Of a DNA stretch of 64,000 bases, positions 57,449-64,000 are shown piece by piece (position 1 is the stretch's first letter; the number at the start of each line of letters is the position of its first letter). Position numbers and translations under genes: made by a program. This stretch comes from Candidatus Fermentithermobacillaceae bacterium. Lineage in GTDB: Bacteria; Bacillota; Sulfobacillia; Fermentithermobacillales; Fermentithermobacillaceae. The stretch is from contig JAAZEL010000050.1 in NCBI GenBank assembly GCA_012512325.1, positions 337 to 64,336 of the forward strand. Reading direction: 5' to 3'. The notes below the pieces were generated by a model. It worked only from the letters and a program-made list of their open reading frames with translations, made no database searches and was not told the DNA's origin.

Positions 57449-59696
57449 CTAGGCTCCGCTTTCTCCCTTTTCCCTCTGCCCAAAGGGCTCTGCGTTTTTC
57501 TACCAGGAAGGACGCCACGTGAATCCCTTTAGTGCCTCTGCCGAAGCCTGCATCCATTCCAGCCTCAGCAGCCAGGTCGTTGGTGACCTGGGTACCGCCG
57601 CTCACCAGTATGAACCTGTCCCTTACGCCTTTTTCCACACACAGCCTGGCCAGTTTTTCCATGTTCTTTCTGTGTATGTCCGCATGGCTTATGATGGTGG
57701 AAATCAGGATAGCGTCGGCATCTTCCTCGATGGCAGCGTCTATTATTTTCTCCACGGGAACGGACGTACCGAGGTATACGGCCTTGATGCCGAAGCCTTC
57801 AATGCCTCCGTGCTTGATATCGATGATCTCCCTCATGCCCACGGAATGCTCGTCTTCGCCAACAGTGCCGCACACAACCTTCATGGGATGCTCGGCTATA
57901 TCCCGTCTTATCTCATCTTCAGAAAGGAGCCGGGGCTTTTCGGCAATCTTGAGTTGGGACCGTTTCAACGTGAAGGGCACTGTTCCCTTAAGCTCTATGA
58001 GGGTGCCCTCAGCAGGGTGGATCACCCGTTTGTGGATGATTTCAGCCTGCTCCAGGCCCATCCTCTCGGCCAGCTCCAAAGCAGCGCTTTCTGCAATCCC
58101 TTCCGGTTCAGCGAAGAAAACCGTCACAGCAACAATGCTGTCCTTTGCCCACTCCACTTCAGGCCGTACCGAATCGGAGCCAAACCGTTCTTCGACGGCT
58201 TCTAACCTCTTCTCTACATTATCTTCAGGATCCAGCTCGTCGATATAGACGATCTTGTCCCTCTTGCAAAGGGTGCATCCGCCGATCAGATCGCAAGGCT
58301 TGGACAAACCCCCGGGCAAGTTGTTGTAGCCGAAGTGATGGCACACAGGAGCCATGTAATCCTCGTCCCGCTTGACTATGCTCCCTGCGGCCACCCCGCC
58401 GTTGGGATCCCTTGCAATGCCGTCGCCGTTCCGCGCGGGATACTCGCCCGAATCGACGAAAAAGCCCTTGGCCACGGCGTTGAAATACCCTTCTTCCTTG
58501 ATTTCTTCCAGGAAGAGCACTGCCCTTTCCGCCAATTCCCTGACTTTCTTTGGGATGGGCCCGTCTTTCTTGATCTCAAGCATATCCCTGAGACCATCCA
58601 TGCCCACCAGGGCCTGCTTGGCAGTCTCAACCGCAGCCACATTGTTGTAGTGCCACGGCACGTTTCGGCCTTCGTCAGGGGTAATAGTGCTCTGAACATC
58701 GGCTGACGTAAGCCTCGAGACCAACAGGTTGAGCACGTGGGTTACAGTGGCCTCCCTGCCATCGGACTCTATGTGCCTTGTGTTCTGCTGTGCCCTTACC
58801 TTGTAGTCCGAAAACAACCATCTGAGGCACACTGCATAGGGAAGATCATATGAAAGGGCAGGACCCGGCGGTGCGGTAGGAGGTACGGATGACAGGGCTA
58901 TGTTCCCCTTGTCCATACCTACCATCTCGGAATATGCCGTGTTTATGGCGTGCTGTACCAACAGCTCCGGCATTACCTTCCATGCTTCCCTGGCAGTGGC
59001 GTTGGCGTTGTGAGCCCCGTCGATCTGCAGCATCCCGAAAGCCGCCATGATCTTCTTGGCGACTGCAGCGTCCACAAACGAACGCTGCATGTTGACGTTC
59101 CTGTAAAGCACGTTGTACTGGGGATCCTGGTGGGCACCGTTGACCCCTTCTTCGGCAAACAACACGGCTATCTCAGGCCCTGCCACACCCGATACGTACG
59201 AGTGGAAGTTGATGGGCCGGCCTACCTCGTCCTCAATCAGGTCCAGGGCTTTCCTGGTTGCCCTGAGCTGCTTGCGGGCGATGGGGATTCCGCCCACTCC
59301 TTCAGGTGTTCCCTCCAGCAGCCCGTCTATATGGCTCTGGCCCGTGGTGCGGATGACCATGATATGGTCGGCACCGTGCCACGCGGCCATGCGCATGCGT
59401 CTTATGTCGTCTTCGAACCTGCCTGACGCAATTTCCGTTGTAATCACGCAATCAGGCTGTGGGTCGATGTTTTGGAAGTACTTCGCCGCAGGCAGAGGTA
59501 TGGACTGCTTGAGGGGAGCAGATGTCTGTGAATACTTAAACGGGCCCAGCTGTTGGCCGGGCTGCTGCTCGCGCCACGTCCACCCTGTGCGCCTGGGCCT
59601 ATAGTTTTCAAGGTCTTGAAGGATTCTGTGTATATCAAGTTTCTCGTTGGGTTCCAGTGCGTATCCTCCGTCAGTGCATGTCCTGTCCCGCTTCAT
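57438..59696 (-). CDS. oraE: D-ornithine 4,5-aminomutase subunit E (PLP- and B12-dependent)
   Basis: About 750 aa. C-terminal B12-binding domain with DxHxxG (GEDEHSVG) and GG motifs. Large N-terminal TIM-barrel PLP domain. Confidence 0.85.
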   Translation of the reverse strand: MKRDRTCTDGGYALEPNEKLDIHRILQDLENYRPRRTGWTWREQQPGQQLGPFKYSQTSAPLKQSIPLPAAKYFQNIDPQPDCVITTEIASGRFEDDIRRMRMAAWHGADHIMVIRTTGQSHIDGLLEGTPEGVGGIPIARKQLRATRKALDLIEDEVGRPINFHSYVSGVAGPEIAVLFAEEGVNGAHQDPQYNVLYRNVNMQRSFVDAAVAKKIMAAFGMLQIDGAHNANATAREAWKVMPELLVQHAINTAYSEMVGMDKGNIALSSVPPTAPPGPALSYDLPYAVCLRWLFSDYKVRAQQNTRHIESDGREATVTHVLNLLVSRLTSADVQSTITPDEGRNVPWHYNNVAAVETAKQALVGMDGLRDMLEIKKDGPIPKKVRELAERAVLFLEEIKEEGYFNAVAKGFFVDSGEYPARNGDGIARDPNGGVAAGSIVKRDEDYMAPVCHHFGYNNLPGGLSKPCDLIGGCTLCKRDKIVYIDELDPEDNVEKRLEAVEERFGSDSVRPEVEWAKDSIVAVTVFFAEPEGIAESAALELAERMGLEQAEIIHKRVIHPAEGTLIELKGTVPFTLKRSQLKIAEKPRLLSEDEIRRDIAEHPMKVVCGTVGEDEHSVGMREIIDIKHGGIEGFGIKAVYLGTSVPVEKIIDAAIEEDADAILISTIISHADIHRKNMEKLARLCVEKGVRDRFILVSGGTQVTNDLAAEAGMDAGFGRGTKGIHVASFLVEKRRALWAEGKGRKRSLDEN

Positions 59697-60061
59697 GAGC
59701 TCACTTCACCCCCAAACAGGCCGGCAACTTCATCCCATCCGTTCCCCGAGGCAAGTTGTTTGCCTGCCTGAAGGTAGTCAATGCCCCGGGCCTTGGCAAG
59801 GGCGAGCACCAGATGGCCCGCCCCCTTGCCCAGCAAACCTCTTTTTTCAGCGGCTGATACTATGGATTGTGCTTCCAGGCTTGAAAACCCCATGCGCAAG
59901 AGTACGGATCTCTCGATCGAGGGGGAAGTGTGGGTGTACGCCAGGTCATACAGCGGCCTGACTATGTCCCTGGCAAGCTGCCAGAATCTTTCCTTCAGTT
60001 CCTCATCGGACAAGCTCGCCAGATGCTTCCACCTTTCTTCAAAATCGCAAGGCCTCTGCAT
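59693..60061 (-). CDS. oraS: D-ornithine 4,5-aminomutase subunit S
   Basis: About 120 aa. SIERSVLLRMGFSSLEA block. Overlaps the oraE start. Confidence 0.8.
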   Translation of the reverse strand: MQRPCDFEERWKHLASLSDEELKERFWQLARDIVRPLYDLAYTHTSPSIERSVLLRMGFSSLEAQSIVSAAEKRGLLGKGAGHLVLALAKARGIDYLQAGKQLASGNGWDEVAGLFGGEVSS

Positions 60062-61486
60062 TTACGCTTGCACCCCCAAGGTCTCAAGCACCGAGACTAC
60101 AAAGTCGGCGCTTGAATTTGTGTCCTCAGCGAGGAACTTGACCTCTTCCTGGGTGACCTTGGCGACCTTGCTCCTTGTCACTGCGTTCCTGACGTAAGAG
60201 GTCCTCATCCTGTCAAGATCCACTTCAGTGAAGGTGAGCTGGGAGAAATGCTCGGGAATGGCTATGACCTTGCCAGGCACGTTCTGCTTCGGCTCATCGC
60301 GTATGACCTTGACGCCGTTCCTTTTTGCGAAGTCCAGCTGTGCTTGGGGATGCTTTCCTGCCCCTGTGTATTCAGTTTCCTGGACCACGACGATTTCGTC
60401 TTCAGGAAGCTCCCTGGCAAGAGCTATGGCGGCTGCAAGGGAAGTGTTGCCTGCCGGTCCGCGCTCCAGTCCTTCTACCTGCGCCAGGGCTTCGGTAACG
60501 TAGAACACTTCGCCCTGGGTGACAAGCACATATCTGTCCAGATATCTCAAAGGCCTGGCAGCATTCCTCGGGACGTCAGCCCTGTCGGGCCAGGTGGCAA
60601 AAGGCACTCCGAACCCTGTGTGTCCCGTGGTAAAGGACTTCCTGTTGAAATCGTGATCAGACGCCATATGGAGCCCCGTCAGGTCCACGCTTGCCCCGAT
60701 TATCTTCGACTTGGCGCCCGCCTTGCGCACTCCTCTGGCCGTACCGGTTACGTTGCCGCCACCTGCGTGGGTGACCACCACGTATGCCGGATCTTTGCCG
60801 TACCTCGCCCTGGTCTGCTCCACCAGCTCGTAACCCAGAGTCTCCACCCCTGATATGGCAAAGGGACTGTACAACGATGCGTTGAAATAGCCGGTTTCCT
60901 CAAGGAGTATCAGGGATACGTAGAACAGCTCAGGCCCTACTGTAAGCTGGATCACTTCCGCGCCGTAAGCTTCGCATTTCCTGGACTTCTCTATGATCTC
61001 AGGCTGGCCTACGTGGCGGGAGTCGAACACTTCCTGGACAACAATACATCCCAAGTTGGCCATGTTGGCCTGGGAAGCTACAGCTGCGCCGTAGTTCCCG
61101 CTTGTGGCTGCAAGCACCCCGGGGTATCCCAGCTTCTTGGCGTGATAAACGGAAACACTGGCTCTCCTGTCCTTGAAGCTCCCGGACGGATTGGCAGCTT
61201 CGTCTTTGAGCAGAATCCTTGCACCGTATCCCTTCTTTGAAGTCTTCCTCACCAGCTCGGTTATATTCTTGAGCTCCAGAAGAGGGGTGTTCCCCACTCC
61301 CGACTGCTGTTGGATTTGCCTTACCTCTTCCGGCGAATACCCTGTCTTTTCCATCATGCCTTCGTAGTCGAAGGCAATGTCCGATTGTATGAACTCGTCG
61401 TATTCAAGACCCAGGGCTTTTTTCATAATCTCGCCGCGGCGGGCCATCACTGCATTGTAAGACAGGTCGCGGGCCACTTCACTCAT
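60062..61486 (-). CDS. ortB: 2-amino-4-ketopentanoate thiolase beta subunit (PLP-dependent, tryptophan-synthase-beta fold)
   Basis: PLP-lysine region SGSFKDRRAS. Fold-type II architecture. About 470 aa. Confidence 0.8.
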   Translation of the reverse strand: MSEVARDLSYNAVMARRGEIMKKALGLEYDEFIQSDIAFDYEGMMEKTGYSPEEVRQIQQQSGVGNTPLLELKNITELVRKTSKKGYGARILLKDEAANPSGSFKDRRASVSVYHAKKLGYPGVLAATSGNYGAAVASQANMANLGCIVVQEVFDSRHVGQPEIIEKSRKCEAYGAEVIQLTVGPELFYVSLILLEETGYFNASLYSPFAISGVETLGYELVEQTRARYGKDPAYVVVTHAGGGNVTGTARGVRKAGAKSKIIGASVDLTGLHMASDHDFNRKSFTTGHTGFGVPFATWPDRADVPRNAARPLRYLDRYVLVTQGEVFYVTEALAQVEGLERGPAGNTSLAAAIALARELPEDEIVVVQETEYTGAGKHPQAQLDFAKRNGVKVIRDEPKQNVPGKVIAIPEHFSQLTFTEVDLDRMRTSYVRNAVTRSKVAKVTQEEVKFLAEDTNSSADFVVSVLETLGVQA

Positions 61487-61793
61487 CCTCCTTTAGCATA
61501 GCTCTCAGTTCTTGGCCAATGTACAGAAGCTCCGGCACAGACGGTCCGAATGAATGAGTGTAACCCGGATTTACCCTGGTCAAAGTGCCCTTCACAGTGC
61601 GGTTTGCCGGGGTCCTGATTTCAACGGGTTCCCCGACGGTGCCGTCAGTCAATGCCCAACCTTTGATCCAGCACTCTAACGGCACTTTCTTGGTATCCTC
61701 AGGAACATCAGGCGAACGTTCTTCAGGCGTCAACACAACATAGTGAATCTCGACCCATTCGCCTTTCTTACATGTATTTGACACATCACTCAC
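61479..61793 (-). CDS. ortA: 2-amino-4-ketopentanoate thiolase alpha subunit
   Basis: About 104 aa, acidic, between ord and ortB. Overlaps the ortB start. Confidence 0.75.
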   Translation of the reverse strand: MSDVSNTCKKGEWVEIHYVVLTPEERSPDVPEDTKKVPLECWIKGWALTDGTVGEPVEIRTPANRTVKGTLTRVNPGYTHSFGPSVPELLYIGQELRAMLKEDE

Positions 61794-61857
61794 CTCGCTG
61801 AGACTTATACCTGAATGTCCTGATGCAATCTCTTCCTCGAAGTAACCATTTCACGTC

Positions 61858-62901
61858 TTATTTCCTCGATACGGCGGTAATGGTATGCCACAAGCGGGGC
61901 ACAGGCAAGTCCGCCATGGTCACAAGCCCGGCAGGGCCGTTCATCACATGGGGGATCATGTTGACTGCTATGGCAATGGTCCCGATACCTCCTGGAATCT
62001 CAGGCTCTATGGCCAGGTTCACAGGCGGGTCGCCTTTTATGGTTATGTAATCTCCTGTGCTTACACCTTCCAGTTCGGGACAAATCTGTTGAGGATGCTC
62101 AAGGAGTATTACTTCCTTGCCATTGGAATACGCCCTTGCAGTGTGGCGGCAGCCGGCTACATATCCGGGCGGTACCGTGATGATCGGGGTGCGCCTCTCG
62201 ACGCTTGTGATGATGGGTTCCCTTTCCTCAACCACTTCATCGATTTCCCAGCCCAAAGCCTTACCGATGAGCATCAGGGACTGGGGGAACCCGATATGGC
62301 CCACGATTTCACCTGATTCAAGCCCCTGCTGGAACTGTTCGGGAGTTGTACCCACGCCCTGGGTCTTCATCACAGTGCTGCCGAAGGGAGAGAGGTCATT
62401 GACCCTCTTTCCGCGTATGTGCTCCACATCCCTGCATATGCCCGTGAGGGATATTATGAGGGTATCCAGTACAAACCCTGGGTTTATCCCTGTCCCCAGC
62501 ACGGTCTTGCCCTTTTCCTTGGCCAAACGGTCAATCTTGTCTGACAGTTCTTCAGAGGCCGCCCAGGGATACGCCATTTCTTCAGCTATGGTGATCACAT
62601 TGGCATCATGCTCTAACGCGATTTCAATCTCAGGGAATACTTCACTGACAAACGATGCGGTGCTCTGCAGTACGATGTCGGGCTTCGACCTAAAAGCCTC
62701 ATCTATGTCTGAAGTCACCTTGACCCCTGTAGGTGACTTGCCGATGACCTCACCCAAGTCTTTGCCTGCCTTGGAAGATCTCCTTGCTATGGCTGCGACA
62801 ATCTCTACATCCGGATTCTCAAGGAGCATAGAAGCCATCCCGCTTCCCATGGCTCCCAAGCCGCACAGAAGGACCCTTGTCCTATCGCCACTCTTGCCCA
62901 T
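61858..62901 (-). CDS. ord: 2,4-diaminopentanoate dehydrogenase (DapB-like NAD(P) oxidoreductase)
   Basis: N-terminal Rossmann motif ([13 protein letters not shown]). Dihydrodipicolinate-reductase-like C-terminal domain. First gene of the ornithine operon. Confidence 0.8.
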   Translation of the reverse strand: MGKSGDRTRVLLCGLGAMGSGMASMLLENPDVEIVAAIARRSSKAGKDLGEVIGKSPTGVKVTSDIDEAFRSKPDIVLQSTASFVSEVFPEIEIALEHDANVITIAEEMAYPWAASEELSDKIDRLAKEKGKTVLGTGINPGFVLDTLIISLTGICRDVEHIRGKRVNDLSPFGSTVMKTQGVGTTPEQFQQGLESGEIVGHIGFPQSLMLIGKALGWEIDEVVEEREPIITSVERRTPIITVPPGYVAGCRHTARAYSNGKEVILLEHPQQICPELEGVSTGDYITIKGDPPVNLAIEPEIPGGIGTIAIAVNMIPHVMNGPAGLVTMADLPVPRLWHTITAVSRK

Positions 62902-63143
62902 ACTCCTACCTCCCTAACATAGGTATTAGCAGTGTGTTCGATGCCGGGAACTGACTGATCGTAACAGGCAGATTCGCCGGCCGGTGTTGTAGTTTGAGAC
63001 GTCTTTTGTCACGAGTGCCGGTGAGTCGGTCTATCGTTCATTCATTCTTGAATAACCCATGGAATTCCTTCTTTCCGGCAGGTAATCTTGAACCAAAGTG
63101 AATCCAGCACAAGAATATCATACCACGGGAAAGAGAGAGGCTA

Positions 63144-63866
63144 TCATTGAGAAGTAAGAAAAGCAAGGATTGCTTCATATATGCATGTGGCCAGTTTCTC
63201 CTGGTGCTCACCTGAACCTAACAGCCTTTCCTCATCGGGATTGGACAAAAAGCCCAATTCTACCGTGACAGCAGGCATTTCGGCATGGTTGAGGATGAAA
63301 TGGTCAAGATCGGCAGAGATATCCCGTTCGGTGCCGGTGGCCTTTGCCAACTCATCCTGGATCAGCCGGGCCAGTTGTTTCGAGCCCGGGTGCTTGGAGG
63401 CATTGTAAAACACCTGGGCACCCCACACATATGGGTCGGTGAAGTCGTCACAGTGAATGGATACGGCAACCCACGCTCCTGAGCCCTTCATCATTTCTAT
63501 CCTGGCCTCAACATCGCTCACATCGGGGGTCTCAAGGTCATAGTCGCCGGTACGGGTGTAGACCGCTCGGGCGCCGCTTCGTTCAAGCCTGGAACCAAGG
63601 AGCAAAGCTACTTTGAGCACTATCTCTTTTTCCGTATAGGTATTTCCGCAAGCCCCCGGATCAATACCTCCATGTCCCGGATCTATGAAAACCACCCGGC
63701 CTTCCAAAGGTCTTTCAGGTTTTTCTGCGGTGACCGGTATTACCCCTTTGGAAATAACCAGGCTGATCAACAGGGAAGCTGCCAGGAGTCCCAGTACGTT
63801 TTTGGGGATTGCCTCAAAAAGGGGCCGGCTTCTCCGCCTGCCCCTTCTTCTCCGGATTCTCCGCAT
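63144..63866 (-). CDS. cwlD: N-acetylmuramoyl-L-alanine amidase, CwlD-like (Amidase_3 family)
   Basis: Signal anchor, then VVFIDPGHGGIDPGACGN (the Amidase_3 zinc site). About 240 aa. Lies downstream of rpsI as in Bacillus. Confidence 0.8.
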   Translation of the reverse strand: MRRIRRRRGRRRSRPLFEAIPKNVLGLLAASLLISLVISKGVIPVTAEKPERPLEGRVVFIDPGHGGIDPGACGNTYTEKEIVLKVALLLGSRLERSGARAVYTRTGDYDLETPDVSDVEARIEMMKGSGAWVAVSIHCDDFTDPYVWGAQVFYNASKHPGSKQLARLIQDELAKATGTERDISADLDHFILNHAEMPAVTVELGFLSNPDEERLLGSGEHQEKLATCIYEAILAFLTSQ

Positions 63867-63943
63867 AGGCAGTTCCTCTCAAAACACAAGGATACACTAC
63901 AGGTAAATCTATATCCGTAGCTCGCCAAATACGACTGAGTGTA

Positions 63944-64000
63944 TTAGCGTTTTGAGAATTGCGATGCTTTCCTGGCTTTCTTGAGACCGTACTTCTTGCG
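63944..64000 (-). CDS. rpsI: 30S ribosomal protein S9, C-terminal 18 codons only. The gene runs off the window end.
   Basis: Minus-strand translation ...RKKYGLKKARKASQFSKR* matches the conserved S9 C-terminus (...QFSKR). Confidence 0.6.
   Translation of the reverse strand, partial: RKKYGLKKARKASQFSKR

Overview
This window looks like a chromosomal stretch from a moderately high-GC, spore-forming, chemotactic Firmicute of the class Clostridia. Sporulation genes (spoIVFA/spoIVFB-like pair, cwlD, a GH18 cortex-type hydrolase) and an L27 N-terminal extension with its Prp protease support this. Most of the window is conserved core genome, and nearly all genes are on the minus strand.

Annotated loci, in order:
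- 1-3.3 kb: a decayed ABC-exporter locus next to tRNA-Ala(GGC). One gene is frameshifted twice, the second is truncated and carries a perfect 45-bp in-frame tandem duplication.
- 3.3-15.9 kb: the conserved block spoIVFA/spoIVFB-like, a radical-SAM pair (TIGR03960/TIGR03936), rng, rplU, prp, rpmA, obg, nadD, yqeK, lytR-family, rsfS. An RRM-type RNA-binding protein gene sits unusually between nadD and yqeK.
- 16.0-17.1 kb: two translationally coupled plus-strand hypotheticals (the second with a degenerate Nudix-like box), and 17.2-20.3 kb: an unrecognised four-gene operon of membrane proteins behind a roughly 375-nt leader, built as two tandem copies of a (signal-anchored soluble-domain protein + polytopic membrane protein) module.
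- 20.6-29.7 kb: queT, then a partial purine operon (purEFMNHD) preceded by hpt and an NCS2 purine permease. No purine riboswitch is detectable. A 10-bp inverted repeat sits in the promoter region.
- 30.0-35.5 kb: a PspC-domain gene, an orphan MutL-like ASKHA protein paired with a biotin/lipoyl-like barrel-sandwich protein and a small membrane protein, then guaB.
- 35.5-44.8 kb: a cheW-cheA-cheD-cheY-cheB-cheR-cheX operon flanked by two glycoside-hydrolase-like genes.
- 45.0-52.5 kb: an M19 dipeptidase, ferredoxin, an FMN-binding lipoprotein, a frameshifted NYN nuclease gene next to tRNA-Arg(CCG), a UPF0016 half-transporter, a processive GT2 glycosyltransferase with a roughly 230-aa insertion, and a cpgS-like P-loop protein.
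- 52.6-62.9 kb: an AmmeMemoRadiSam system translationally coupled to the oxidative ornithine (Stickland) operon ord-ortA-ortB-oraS-oraE-mutL-like-orr.
- 63.1-64.0 kb: cwlD and the 3' end of rpsI.

No CRISPR arrays, transposases or integrases were seen. The best candidates for undescribed biology are the four-gene membrane module operon, the orphan MutL-like/barrel-sandwich pair, and the AmmeMemoRadiSam-ornithine operon coupling.
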